Shown: in pieces, positions 11,435 to 24,422 of the stretch
Position numbering within the stretch: the first letter of the stretch is position 1
How the letters are laid out: each line of letters begins with the position of its first letter
From: Mobula hypostoma
Lineage: Eukaryota
Direction: 5' to 3'
DNA length: 64,000 nt
Assembly: GCF_963921235.1 (NCBI RefSeq)
Contig: NC_086097.1
Span: 248,808,001 to 248,872,000, forward strand
Position numbers and translations under genes: made by a program
The notes under the pieces: generated by a model
What the model was told of the DNA's origin: nothing
The model's input: only the letters and a program-made list of their open reading frames with translations
Databases searched by the model: none

Positions 11435-12458
11435 CAAACACCAGAGGTTCTGCAGACGCTGGCAATCCAGAGCAACACACACACAAAATGCTGGAGGAAC
11501 TCAGCAGCTCAGGCAGCATCCATGGGAGAAAAAGTACAGTCCATGTTTCAGGCTGAGATTCTTCATGAGGATTCTCTGCATAGTACAGGTCTAAGGTAGG
11601 AAACTTTGTCACATGGTGTGAGCAGAATTATCTGCAGCTTAATGTGAAAAAGACTAAGGAGCTGGTGGTAGACCTGAGGAGAGCTAAGGTACCGGTGACC
11701 CCTGTTTCCATCCAGGGGGTCAGTGTGGACATGGTGGAGGATTACAAATACCTGGGGATACGGACTGGCAATAAACTGGACTGGTCAAGGAACACTGAGG
11801 CTGTCTACAAGAAGGGTCAGAGCCGTCTCTATTTCCTGAGGAGACTGAGGTCCTTTAACATCTGCTGGATGATGCTGAGGATGTTCTACGAGTCTGTGCT
11901 GGCTAGTGCTATCATGTTTGTTGTTGTGTGCTGGGGCAGCAGGCTGAGAGTAGCAGACACCAACAGAATCAACAAACTCATTCGTAAGGCCAGTGATGTT
12001 GTGGGGATGGAACTGGACTCTCTGATGGTGGTGTCTGAAAAGAGGATGCTGTCTAAGTTGCATGCCATCTTGGACAATGTCTCCCATCCACTACATAATG
12101 TACTGGTTGGGCACAGGATTACATTCAGCCAGAGACTCATTCCACCGAGATGCAACACAGAGCGTCATAGGAAGTCATTCCTGCCTGTGGCCATCAAACT
12201 TTACAACTCCTCCCTTGGAGGGTCAGACACCCTGAGCCAATAAGCTGGTCCTGGACATTTGCTGGCATAATTTACATATTACTTTTTAATTATTTATGGT
12301 TTTATTACTATTTAATTATTTATGGTGCAACTGTAACGCAAACCAATTTCCCCTGGGTTCAGTAAAGTATGTCTATGCTGCCTGGCCTGCTGAGTTCCTC
12401 CAGCAATTTGTGTGTGTGTGTGTCACTCTGGATTTCCAGCTGCTGCAGAATTTCTTGA
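11435..12458. mobile_element. Penelope-derived fold-back element split by a Rex insertion
   Basis: 11435-11572 and 12376-12458 are inverted copies of the CTGCAGA..GCTGG..AACTCAGCAG..GGCAGCAT block. Confidence 0.65.
11582..12375 (+). mobile_element. Rex1/Babar LINE 3' end; ORF remnant 11644-12243 open
   Basis: KTKELVVDLRR...YKYLG...KKGQSRLYFLRRLRSF...HPLH...RHRKSFLPVAIKLYNSS; tail AGTAAAGTATGTCT. Confidence 0.9.
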
Positions 12459-12634
12459 CATTATCACCTTTTAGAGCTAATACTTGGCTGTAGTGCTGTT
12501 TGGTATATCTTGAGAACATTTGGATTAAAATAGTGCATTCCGAGCTATTTCCGTTCCGTGAAATATTTATTCTGTAAGAAACAGTGGATGCTCGATTCTA
12601 AGTTAACTGTCTGTTCCCTGTTAGCTGCAAACCA

Positions 12635-13385
12635 AAGTTCAAAGTAACTTTATTATCAAAGTACATGTATGTCACCATGTACAACCCTGGGATTCATTTT
12701 CTTGTAGACGTACATGGCTGGCTGGTGGTGTCGTGGCATCCACACCGAATTTCGAGGTGAGTAGTCCCAGGTTCGATCCTGGACGGCTCCTTGTACGCTT
12801 TCCGTCTGTGCTGGGTTGAGTGTTGAGCTGGTAACTCAGCCTCATAAAATAATCAGACAAAAATGCTAAAGAAACGGCAAGATTACCGCCCAATGCACTG
12901 CAAAGCACAGAAAGAAACAGCACATACACAGTACATACAAGAAACACATTAGAGTTGATGAAAGGCCTTACCCAACAGGATGGACAACTGCCAATGCACA
13001 AAAGACAACAAACTGCAAATACAGAAGAAATTAAAGAAGTATTAATAATAACAGTAAGAATAAATGAGCCATAAACTTTGACGAAAATGGGATGAAGAGT
13101 CCATGAAAGTGGGCCCGTAGGTTGTGGGACAATTGAGGGATGGGGCGTGAGTTATCCCCTTGGTTAAAGGGTCTGATGATTAAGGGGTAGTAACTATTCC
13201 TGATCCTGGTGGTGTGAGTCCTGAGGTTCCTGTACCTCCTTCCTGAAGGCAGCAGCAAGAAGAGAGCATGAGCTGGGTGCAGGGAGTCCCTGCCGATAGA
13301 TGCTGCTCTCCTTTGGCAGCCCTCCTTGTTGATGTGTTCCAGGGTGGGAAGGTTTCCGTCTGCGATGGACTGGGCTGTATCCATT
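12635..13385 (-). mobile_element. Rex1/Babar LINE 3' end with UTR
   Basis: Minus ORF HPAHALFLLLPSGRRYRNLRTHTTRIRNSYYP; tail TTTGATAATAAAAGTTACTTTGAACTTTG. Confidence 0.8.
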
Positions 13386-14509
13386 ACAGAAGGAGAAAGT
13401 CCGGGTGGAGAAAAGGAGATGTGGGAAGTTTAAGTTTTAAATCTTAGATTTCGCATTTGCCAATTAGAATGAAAATCTAAAGTGGGATTCATGGAGAATC
13501 AGATTCCTGTCGAGACTATCTGTGGTCTTCCGCCCTGGAATGCGGAGTAGTGTGAACGAGTTTGTGTGTTCACGGGGGATACCACACAGATAAGTTGGGA
13601 GGTGGGGGAAGGAACTTCTCTTTAGGTTACTGGAAAGTGTGTCTAGTGCTCAGAAGATTCATTAATAATAGTTAAGAAATTCCCACCTTATTCCAGATTC
13701 TATTACGTACAGCAAATTCCTGATTTTCGGTTTGTGCTTGTGGCCTATTTCCTGTTCCCGCTCTGTATTTATGTGTTAGTCACAGTTGCACCCGCTGACT
13801 GGGGTTAATTTGAAAACTGACACCCAAAATTCATCATCTCACCCTCTCCTGATCAGTGCAGCCATCTGCTTCGATCTAAATCCTTGCATTATCCATGGAT
13901 TTTTCCTCTTTCTATTTTCACAAGGGTTTTTTTATTTGCACCCTGGCTGCTTGACTGTCCTGCTGGGTGCAGTCTTTCATTTACTCTGTGGTGTCTCCTG
14001 GATTTAGTGTGAATGCCCGCAAGAAAATGAATCTCAGGATTGTGTATGGTGGCATATGTGTACTTTGATAACAGGTTTACTTTTCTCATATCCATGGAAA
14101 AACACCCCTCCCCCCTCACCCTTTCCCACTTGTTGATGACCAGTAGTGAACTGTGTTTTCAGATTCTAACTGGTTATAAAGCAGGCTCGTGTATAATTCC
14201 CGAATAGCTGTTAGGTTCTGTGGTGAGTTTGGTGTGTGTGTCCGCCACTCAGACACACTACTCCATGCAGTTCCCAGCACTCCAGAGAGAGCTTAGCAGC
14301 AGGATGTCATATTTGTAAAGCCTGCGGAGTTGCTCCTGCGCTTCGTGTGTGCTATCTGTAACGGCAATCACTGGCGTGACACATCAGAGGGACTTCTGCA
14401 TTTGGTGATAGGGGTCAGGCTTGTTCTCCTTGGGCACGAGCAAATAGAATGTGATTGAGGAATGAGTGCGAGATTTCAGAGCCCAGTGACATCCCAAAGA
14501 AGAATTCGG

Positions 14510-14752
14510 GGCTGGAACAGTGGGGTAGCGGTTAGTGTAATGCTTTACAGTGCAGGTGACCCAGGTTCAATTCCCACCGCGGTCTGAAAGGAGTTTGTGT
14601 GGTGTCTGTGTGGGTTTCCTCCAGGTGCTCTGGGTTCCTCCCACATCCCAAAGATGTACAGGTTGGGAGGTTAATCGGCCACAAGGATCTATTTAGGTGG
14701 CACAGGCTCGTTGATGCAGTAGGGCCTGTTACAGTGCAGTTTTGTAAATAAT
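14510..14752 (+). mobile_element. HE1/V-SINE-like SINE
   Basis: GTAGCGGTTAG...GGTTCAATTCC head and GGTTCCTCCCACATCCCAAAGA core. Confidence 0.78.
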
Positions 14753-15029
14753 AACTGTATATAAATCCGAATAGATAACTAGCTAACTAACCATTCTTCT
14801 CCGTGCCTGAAAACTCTATACCATTCACATGCCAAGTGGCATCTGCCATGATTCTTACCACAGTACCTCTCATTTCTTGCCCAGTCCCATCTCTGTGAAT
14901 CTCACCCAGGTATTGATAAAGGTCTCACTGTCACCTTCCCTGAGATAAGGGGTTACAGATACAGACTGTTATCCAGCCTCCTGTCATCCATTAAATAAAT
15001 CCCTCCTTCGGCTAATTGGTAAATTGGAA

Positions 15030-15945
15030 GTGTGCAGATGATACCAAGATAGGTGATGTTGTGGATGATGAGGAAGGCTTTCAAAGCCTGCAGAGAGATT
15101 TAGGACAGTTAGAAGAGTGGGCTGAAAGATGGCAGATGGAGTTTAATGCTGAAAAATGTGAGGTGCTACATTTTGGTAGGACTAATCAAAATAGAACATA
15201 CATGGTAAATGGTAGGACATTGAAGAATGCAGTAGAACAGAGGGATCTAGGAATAATGGTGCATAGTTCCCTGAAGGTGGAATCTCATGTGGATAGGGTG
15301 ATGAAGAATGCTTTTGGTACGCTGGCCTTTATTAATCAGAGCATCGAGTATAGGAGTTGGGATGTAATGTTGAAATTGTATAAGGCATTGGTAAGGTCAA
15401 ATTTGGAGTATTGTGTACAGTTCTGGTCACTGAATTATAGGAAAGATGTCAATAAAATTGAGAGAGTACAGAGGAGGTTTACTAAAATGTTGCCTGGGTT
15501 TCATCTCCTAAGTTACAGAGAAAGGTTGAACAAGTTAGGTCTCTATTCTTTGGAGTGTAGAAGGTTGAGGGGGGACTTGATAGATGTGTTTAAAATTATG
15601 AGGGGGATTGATAGAGTTGACGTGGATAGACTTTTTCCATTGAGAGTGGGGGAGATTCAAACAAGAGGACATGAGTTGAGAGTTAAAGGGCAAAAGTTTA
15701 GGGGTAACATGAGGGGGAACTTCTTTACTCAGAGAGTGGTAGCTGTGTGGAACGAGCTTCCAGCAGAAGTGGTTGAGGCAGGTTCAATGTTGTCGTTTAA
15801 AGTTAAATTGGATAGATATATGGACAGGAAAGGAATGGAGGGTTATGGGCTGAGTGCAGGTCGGTGGGACTAGGTGAGAGTAAGAGTTTGGCACGGACTA
15901 GAAGGGCTGAGATGGCCTGTTTCCATGCTGTAATTGTTATATGCT
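15030..15945 (+). mobile_element. Young CR1 3' end; ORF2 remnant open to 15873
   Basis: ADDTKIG...WAERWQMEFNAEKCEVLHFGR...TRGHELR...FFTQRVVAVWNELP, without stops over about 280 aa. Confidence 0.93.
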
Positions 15946-15984
15946 AATATGGCTAACCTGACCCATTCCCTATTAAGCTCACCC

Positions 15985-16275
15985 TCTTATCCCTTCTTTT
16001 CACCTTCCCCAAATCATGACTTGCTAATCCCTTCCCTCTGGTTCCCCTCCTCCTTCCCTTTCTCCCATGATCCATTGTCCTCTCCTATCAGATCCCTCCT
16101 CCTTCAGCTTTTTAACTTTTCCACCTATCACCTACCAGCTTCTTACTGCAATCCACCTGCTCCACCCACCCACTCTTCAGGTCCCACCAAACTCCTGCCA
16201 GTTTGTACTCCTGTCCCTCCCACCACCTTTTCTGACGTCTGGCACTTTCCTTTCCAATCATGATGAAGGGTCTCA
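15985..16275 (+). mobile_element. Penelope-derived 3' UTR fragment ending in a truncated hammerhead
   Basis: Pyrimidine-rich UTR matching the reverse complement of 30908-31445; ends TGATGAAGGGTCTC. Confidence 0.62.
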
Positions 16276-16279
16276 TCTC

Positions 16280-16590
16280 ACCATTCCATTCTGATTGATT
16301 TATTATCCCCCACAATGCCATTCTCCTGCCTTCTCCCCATAACCTTTGATGCTCTGATTAATGAAGAACCCATCTACCTCTGCTTTAAATGTACCCATAG
16401 ACCTGGCCTCCATAGCCATCTGTGGCAATGAATGCCACAGATTCACCACTACCTGGTTACAGAAATTCCTCCTCAACTGTTGGGTACCCCTTTTCTGAGC
16501 CTGTGACCTCTGGTCCAGGACTCCCCCACTGTAGGAGGTACCTCTTCGCCTCCACTCTATCTAGACCTTTCAACATTCGATAGGTTTCAA
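16280..16590 (-). mobile_element. CR1 3' end
   Basis: Minus strand IETYRMLKGLDRV and the CR1 3' UTR. Confidence 0.75.
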
Positions 16591-17189
16591 TAACTACCAT
16601 TTTGCCCTGATCATCTGTAACTGAGCCAGACCAGCCATTAGTGCCCCAGAGCCTAGCTCGGCCGGTGACCATCCAGGAGCCTGGGTGATCTGAGACTACA
16701 TCTTGCCCAGCTCCATCACCCGCTCTCCCACAGGTGTGGGATTCCCATTTGCGGTTTCCGCACTCCTCTGGCACTTTCAGAAGCAAATCCTGCACCAACA
16801 ATAATACTGTAATGAAGAGTAGCTGTGTTGGAAAAGTGCTGATGACTCCTTAGTGCCAAATGAAACTTTCCAGGCTCTGTAGTGAGACCACAGCCTCTTG
16901 GCACTCGGGTGAGGTGTTGAAGAATCCAGTATTTAGTGGGGGAAGCCAACCCCGCACACTGGGCCTGTGACGTTGGCGATGGGACATCTACTGGCGACGT
17001 TGCCTGTCCCATCTTCCTCCTGATGTTGGCACCTTGCCCTCCCGACCTCATGTGAGTCTCCTGCTGGTCCCCATTACTCAGTGACATTTGGAAACCCCAT
17101 CGCACATGCGGTATTATTCACCGATATTAAAGTGAAAGCTGCTTTTTGTGTGTGTGTGTGTGTGAAGGGGAGGGTGATAATGGCCTCTG

Positions 17190-17400
17190 GGGTGGCATAG
17201 TAGCCACCCGTGTTCGATTCCAAGTGCTTCCCGTAAGGAATTTGTATCTTCTCCACATGAGTTTCCTCCGGGTGCTCCGGTTTCCTTCCACAGTTCAAAG
17301 ACTTACCAGTTGATAGGTTAACGGGTCATTGTAAATTGTCCTATGATTACTGGCTAGTGCGGCTCGAAAGGCCAATTCTGCACTGTATCGCAATAAATAA
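17190..17400 (+). mobile_element. HE1/V-SINE-like SINE
   Basis: Core GTTTCCTCCGGGTGCTCCGGTTTCCTTCCACAG, AATAAAT tail. Confidence 0.75.
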
Positions 17401-17402
17401 CT

Positions 17403-17575
17403 CACAACACGCTGGAGGAACTCAGCAGGTCAGGCAGCATCCGTTTCTCCATCCTGGCGGGGTTCCGGCCCGAAACGTGACTGATCGTTTCCACAGGTGC
17501 TGCCCAACCTACTGAGTTCCTCCAGCGTGTTGTGAGTGTTGCTTTGACCCCAGCATCTGCAGAGTATTTTGTGTT
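17403..17575. mobile_element. Penelope-derived fold-back element
   Basis: CACAACACGCTGGAGGAACTCAG ... CTGAGTTCCTCCAGCGTGTTGTG inverted arms around GGCCCGAAACGTGACTG. Confidence 0.75.
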
Positions 17576-17804
17576 TTGAATACATTTCTGGACCGCTGTA
17601 TCACACAGGAAGTGTAATTTGGCCTGGTAGGAACATCCACGGTGTCCCATACCAGACAAAGGACAGTCATAGAGACAAGAGAGCACCACAGCTCAGAAAC
17701 AGGCCCTTCAGCCCATCTAGACAATGCTAACTTGGTCTTCTGCTTAGTTTCATTGACCTGCATCCAGATCACATCCCTCCAGACGGCTTTTATCTACCTG
17801 AGTG

Positions 17805-18452
17805 AGGCCTCTGTGGGTCAGAATCAACTGTGATGATGCACCCTCGCTGTCTACATGATACGCAAGCCAGAGAGCCGAGCTTGGCCACTGACCATCCGGG
17901 ACTACCTCTTGCCCATTCTGACCTGTCACCTGCTCTTCCACAGGTGTGAGAGCAAGCTGTTGCCTATGTAGCAAGCTCCCCCTCTCCACGCAGCTAATGA
18001 ACCCAAAGGAACAGCAGAGAGCAATACAGTTTGGAACCAGCAGCGTCACAGGAGTTGCCCGTCAGTGTCGAACTCAGGGTAGGACTGCTTTAGGGACTCC
18101 AGTTCCAGAGGTTTTCCCTTGGGGTTTACACCCAAGTTCTTCCCCACTAGTGGGTTTAGCCGCAAGGCAGCGGAAGGTTGAGATCGGTGGTTCCCTTCTC
18201 CTAGATGAGATGCCAACCACGACTGACAAGCCCCATCTGCTCAAGGTGACGGGTTTTAAGGCACCAGTGACCCACCTTTGCCCCTTCTGCTGTCAGTAGA
18301 ATCAGTTTTTACCAGGCTTAGTAGCTAGGCCACACGTGAAGACCAGGAGCTGGACTTGGTTGTTGAGGCTATTTGAGACGCACGCCTTTGGGAGTATTTT
18401 AATAGGAAGTTGGAGCTTATCCCTACTACCACCCCCAGCTATGACTACCTTA
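17805..18452 (-). mobile_element. RTE-related non-autonomous element (copy 2)
   Basis: Collinear with 5745-6290. Confidence 0.7.
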
Positions 18453-19795
18453 ATAAACTCTTCTTGTCTATTTATCCTAAACTTACCTTAAGTTTTACAA
18501 CTGACTCTGTCTCCAGCACTTGTGCTGACTCTCATTCCACACTTGCTCCACCTTCTGAGTGAAGAGATCCCCTTCAGATTCCCCTGAAGTATTTAACCTT
18601 TTCCCCCTTAACCTATGACCTTGTGCCATCTTCCCCAGGGAACAGTGTGGGGCAGATTTGGCAAAAACTTCCTTGGGGAAACCAGTGTTGGTCTTACCTT
18701 ATAGTGTTGGACTGACACCCCTGTGACATGAAGTCTCACTTACATTTCAGATTTCAGGCTTACGGACCAACCTCATTCCCTCCCCACCCCCATCTTACAC
18801 ACCTAAACTCACCATATCAACATCGCACTACCCTCTGATGCTGCTAATGCAACCCATCCCCCAACCATCCATCCCAGGGCACCATGTCATTCCAGTCCTG
18901 CCCACACCAACCATTCTCCAAATCTATGGGAGGGCTTCAATGTTAAATCCCTGTCCCAATCTTCAATGACCACCTTGCTCCACTCACCTGATACTAGAAC
19001 AGGCTCCCGATCCTTCACTCCTCCCATCCCTTGACCTCAGTCCTGACCCAGACTGGACTTAGGATCCCTTCCCCTCCTGGTCCCCAGCCCGGGCAAACAC
19101 AATTTCACACAGCTGAAATCCGTGATGGTGATCTACCATCAAAGTCACCACTGGCACCGCTGGCGTCAGACAAATGTGCCAAGTACTGCAGCTTTGGATG
19201 TTGTCTTGCCTCCTTGTTGTTTCCTGCCCTCCGAGGGCTGAGGAGGGAAGTCAGATTTATTATCGCAGTACGTGTATGTCACTATTTATTACTTTGAGAT
19301 TCGTTTTCTTGCAGGGATTTCTGCTCCTGGGTTTGGTGTTTCCATGACGCAATCAGTCAGGACACTCTTTACTGTGCAACTATAGAAGTTTGTCAGATTT
19401 TATGGTGACATGCCAAAGCTAACTCAAAGTTCTGAGAAAGTTGAGGCGGGGTCATGCTAGTCCTCGAACAGATCCTCTGATATGATCTAGCGTGATCACT
19501 CGAACCGTGTATGATGTTCTCCCAAAGGATTTTTCCCTCAATGGCGAACATTTGTGGGTTGCCTTAATTTAATGTGGGAGGCTGACGCACGGATCCCCTT
19601 CACTGCTGCAGGCTTCCTTCGCCTTCTCTGCCGTTGTGATGTGTCGTCATCTTCCACCAGCTCTGCCACTGAGGTCTCGGTTGGATCACTCTTTGTCTGG
19701 GCACCCCACCTTCACCTTGCCACTGTCAGTGTCCCTACCATCCTACCATGACCTAACCTCCAGACGGCATTGCTCTTGGGCAATGTTCCGCTAAG

Positions 19796-19796
19796 G

Positions 19797-19838
<42 letters not shown>
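19796..19838. repeat. (CA)n microsatellite preceded by (CG)n
   Basis: GTGCGCG(CA)18. Confidence 0.95.
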
Positions 19839-19839
<1 letters not shown>

Positions 19840-20524
19840 CTTTTGCCACTAGCACGCCAAGGAATTTAAACTGCGCACAAAAGTTTGCCACCCTCTACCT
19901 CGTTGGCATGTTCAGTATATTTCACGATCGTACACGATCACATTTCTTTTTCCAGTTTCTGATGCGGACGGTGTGGACAATGTGGAGTTTGCGATGATTT
20001 GGCTGCAGGTTTTAGAACTGGCTTATTTATACTGTTTTAATTCAGTGCGCACATGTTGTTGTCACTGGGCAAAAAATAGCACAGCAATAGATTTTTGTGC
20101 ACACCGGTCATTACAAATTAGGCAGAACATTGATCTCAGGAACGCTCAAGCTTTTCCACTGTGACAAGGTGATGATGCTCAGGGAAGAGCAGGAATTGAA
20201 CCCCAGGTACTGGTGCCGTGAACCTCTACACTTCCACAGGGTTTTTGTTGCTGTCCATTATGAGGGAGATTACACAGCACACCGCTGCATACACTGGCTG
20301 CTTGGGTGTAAAGTGAACAGCTTTTACAGCGCAATTCATAAAAAGTCCAAGTGTATGAAATTCCACTGCTCATTCTGGGATTCGAGCCAGTCTCTAACTG
20401 TATCCAGGAACAATTCTTTCCAATAAAAGATGGCCCTCTTTAAACTTCTCATGACTTCCTCAACATCTGAAAGCAGTTTGAATATCACTGCAGTGGGAGG
20501 CTGGTTCAAAGTTCAAAGTCGTAG

Positions 20525-20683
20525 GCCACATTTCTTCCCCATTCTGATGTTCGGTTTGAACGACAACTGAACCTCTTGACCGTGTCTGCGTGCTTTGATG
20601 CATTGAGTTTCTGCCACATGATTGGTTGATTAGATATTTACATTAACAAGCAGGTGTACCTAATAAAGTGGCCAGTGAGAGTA
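20525..20683. mobile_element. Tc1/mariner non-autonomous element, right end
   Basis: Ends CAGGTGTACCTAATAAAGTGGCCAGTGAGAG-TA, a Tc1-type TIR followed by TA. Confidence 0.65.
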
Positions 20684-21092
20684 GAGTGCAGATCATAGGA
20701 CTGAACTGCACAGTGTGGGCTCGTTGGTCCACAATGTTGTGCCTGCTTTTAACCTACATCAAGATCAATCTCACACTCCCCTCCTACATAGCCATCATTT
20801 TTATCTCATCCATGTGCTTATCTAAGGGTCTCTTAGGTACCCCAAATGTATCTGCCTCCAGCAACACTCCCCCCACCCCCCCACTGTGTTCCATGCACTC
20901 ACTGCTCTGTGCTCTCCTCTGAAAAGGATGGCCTCTGGTATTCTTCATTTCCGTCCTGGGAAAAAGGTGCAACTCATAGAGCACTACAGCACAGAAACAG
21001 GTTGTTTGGCCCATCTAGTCCATGCCGACCTGTTATTCTGCCTAGTTCCATTGGCCCAGACATGGACTAAAATCATTAAAATCAGTGACATC

Positions 21093-21790
21093 AGTCACTG
21101 AAAGCAAGCATGCAAGTACAGCAGGCAGTGAAGAAAGCTAATGGCATGCTGGCCTTCATAACAAGGGGAATTGAGTATAAGAGCAAAGAGGTCTTTCTGC
21201 AGCTGTACAGGGCCCTGATGAGACCACACCTGGAGTACTGTGTGCAGTTTTGGTCTCCAAATTTGAGGAAGGACATTCTTGCTATTGAGGGAGTACAGCG
21301 TAGGTTCACAAGGTTAATTCCCAGGATGGCGGGACTGTCACATGTCAAAAGATTAGAGTGACTGGGCTTGTATACTCTGGAATTTAGAAGGCTGAGAGGG
21401 GATCTTATTGAAACATATAAGATTATTAAGGGATTGGACACGCTGGAGGCAGGAAGCATGTTCCCGCTGATGGGTGAGTCCAGAACCAGAGGCCACAGTT
21501 TAAGAATAAGGGGTAGGCCATTTAGAATGGAGTTGAGGAAAAACTTTTTCACCCGGAGAGTGGTGGATATATGGAATGCTCTGCCCCAGAAGGCTGTGGA
21601 GGCCAAGTCTCTGGATGCTTTCAAGAAAGAGAAGGACAGAGCTCTTAAAGATAGCGGAATCAAAGGTTATGGGGATAAGGCAGGAACTGGATACTGATTG
21701 TGGATGATCAGCCATGATCACAGTGAATGGCGGTGCTGGCTCAAAGGGCTGAATGGCCTACTCCTGCACCTATTGTCTATTGTCTATAGC
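21093..21790 (+). mobile_element. CR1 3' end
   Basis: VKKANGMLAFI...RPHLEYCVQFWSP...TRGHSLR...WNALP; tail (TATTGTC)n. Confidence 0.92.
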
Positions 21791-22844
21791 CCTCCATACC
21801 CCTCCATCCATGTAAAAAAAGGATCAACCATGACTGAATGGCAGAGTAGACTTGATGGGCCAGACGGCTTAATTCTGCTCCTATGTCTTATGTACCCATC
21901 CAAACTTCTCAGTGATAATCACGATTATCATAAACCCTGAGTTGAGTGTGTAGACTTGCTTTTGTCTTTCACAACCAATGTCAGAGCACTTCCTCACTTC
22001 TTCAGTAATTAGAATGGCTTTCGCTGTTGTGAGGTCAGAAAAGCATCAGACAATGAGTGCCTGTTTTTAGCAGAATCTCAGATGGTGACGAGGAGAGAGA
22101 GATACAGACCAGCTGGTTGAGTGATGTTGCAACAGCCACCTTGCACTCAATGTCAGCAAGACCAAGGAATTGATTGTGAACTTCAGGAAGAGATTCTTGA
22201 TTAGTCAGGGCATCAAAAGTCATGGGGAGAAGGCAAGAGAATGGGGTTGAGAAGGTTAGTAAATCAGCCATGATAGAATGGCGGAGTGGATTCGATGGGC
22301 TGAATGGCCTAATTCTGCTCCAATGTCTTTTGGTCTTTATGATCTAATTGATGAATTCACCACAAAGCCGGTAAGCTAACTGATCAGTTACTGGACATTA
22401 AGACTCTGAATACAGGAGAGAATTAATTAAACCTGTGAAGTGGCAGCTACAAGTAAATTTGATCTAGTTATTTCACATCAGGCCCTGTTGTATCAAAGAG
22501 TGTCATGACTGTCACAACAAAACATATGCCCAATGATACATGATGTATGTTTGCAATTTAATTTAAATTGAAACCAGGAGTCGGGCGCATTTCTGTTGAG
22601 CGTTAAATTGACCATGTTGAGAGGGAAGGATGAGAAAACTTTCCCTAGTGTGTGTTCTTGTCACTAGTTTGAGGAATTCAGTATATTTCCCTCTCTCCCT
22701 GTCCCAGCAGTTGCCATAAAAAGTGTTCTGCGTTTGTAGAGACATCACTTTGATGGATGTGTCAGCAATGTTTAGCTCAGAACTCACTGCCCTGACTGGT
22801 CAAACAAAACTGTTGCGGAAATAGTGACAAAGAGTCCTTCTACA

Positions 22845-23113
22845 TCTGAGTGCGACGGTATTCCTGAGTCTCCACCCGGGACTCGCACGGCCGATGGTAG
22901 TGAAAATTGAGAGGAGGCTACTGGCATGATGAAAGCCCTGAAGGGCCGAGGAAATACGGGAGACCAAAGACAGCTTGGCACCGTACGGAGAGGCAGAAAT
23001 GAGGACCCCGAACCACACCTGGGCCACAATAGAGAAGATGGCCAAGGACAGACAGAGATGGAGGACCTTCATTGGTACCCTAAACGCCAGCAGGCATAAT
23101 GGGCAGTAACTAA
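22845..23113 (+). mobile_element. RTE-clade LINE 3' end, probably internally deleted
   Basis: PEGPRKYGRPKTAWHRT...TWATIEKMAKDRQRWRTFIGTLNASRHNGQ*. Confidence 0.75.
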
Positions 23114-23351
23114 ATCAATAATGCTCAGATCCACCTCCCTCAAAATCCAGGGACGCCTGGCACCAGATTTCTTTCCTTTTTAGAGCTGATGGACTCATGT
23201 TCTCAATATTATTTATTTATTATTATTATTTTGTTATTGTATTTGCATAATTTGTGGTCTTTTGCACATTGGTTGTTTGTCCATCTTTGTGAGTAGTTTT
23301 TCATTGATTCTACTGTGAATGCCTGCAAGAAAATGAATCTTAGGGTTGTAT

Positions 23352-23670
23352 TAATAAAATAAAGGCATCCGTTAGTCTTGTGAGACCATGGATCTGCGCC
23401 TGGAAAGTCTTCACTCTCCAGGGCGCAGGCCTGGGCAAGGTTGTATGGAAGACCAGCAGTTGCCCATGCTGCAGGTCTCCCCTCTCCATGACACCAATGT
23501 TGTCCAAGGGAAGGGCGTTAGGACCCATACAGCTTGGCACCAGTGTCGTAGCAGAGCAATGTGTGATTAAGTGCCTTGCTCAAGGACACAACACGTTCCC
23601 TCGGCTGGGGCTCCAACTCACGACCTTCAGGTCACTAGTCCAATGCCTTAACCACTTGGCCACATGCCAC
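23352..23670 (-). mobile_element. tRNA-headed RTE-type SINE (copy 3)
   Basis: Reverse complement of 4014-4326; exact TSD AGGGTTGTAT at 23342-23351 and 23671-23680. Confidence 0.9.
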
Positions 23671-23744
23671 AGGGTTGTATATGGTGATATATATGTAATT
23701 TGATAATAAATTTACTTTGAACTTTGATATAGCAAGTAATGCTA

Positions 23745-24052
23745 TCTTCAAAGTTATTTCATTAGGAGTTTGAGGAGATTTGGTATGTCACTGAAGACGC
23801 TCCAAATTTCTACGTACATACCACGCAGAGCATTTTAACTTGCTGCATCGCCGTCTGGCATGGGAGCAGGGGCTACTGCACACGATCAAAATAAGCTGCA
23901 GAGAGTTGTGAGCTCGGTTTGGCTCCATGATGGGCGAGAGCCCCCCCCCGTAGTATCCAGGACATTTTCAAGGAGCAATGTCTCAAAAAGGCAGCACCCA
24001 GCACTGAGGGCCCCATCGCCAGGTCGTGATTTGTTCTCATTGCCTCCCTCAG
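23745..24052 (+). mobile_element. Rex1/Babar fragment
   Basis: RSLRRFGMS, ESILTCCIAVW, DQNKLQRVV, LFSLPPSG. Confidence 0.7.
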
Positions 24053-24422
24053 GCATCAACTGGCCATTTGGGAACTCAGAAGTGCCTAATTGCGAGGGTT
24101 AATTAGTGAAACACAAAGACAAACAGCTGAGGACATGGCAAACATTTGATTATTGTTCAAGGTTTGGTTCCTGAGCCAAAGACTGTTGATGCGTGTTTAT
24201 AAAGTGGTTCGTTGAGTAAGTGCTCTTATGGGGCACAGTTGTGCATGTTTAAGACTTTCCTGTTTTTAAATTAATGGATGTAACTAAAAGCCTTCTGGTG
24301 AAGCCAAATATCTGGCCAACTACAGGACAGAAACAGGTCCTTCAGCCCAACTGGTCCATGCTATCCACAGCATCCTCCCCGCAGGTCCCAGTTGCCTGCG
24401 TCGGCCCACAACCCTCCAAGCC

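Noticed and set aside
15016..15873. Long CR1/Rex ORFs (also 2685-3383, 11644-12243) as host genes
   Set aside because: 5'-truncated retroelement C-termini with no true start or complete RT
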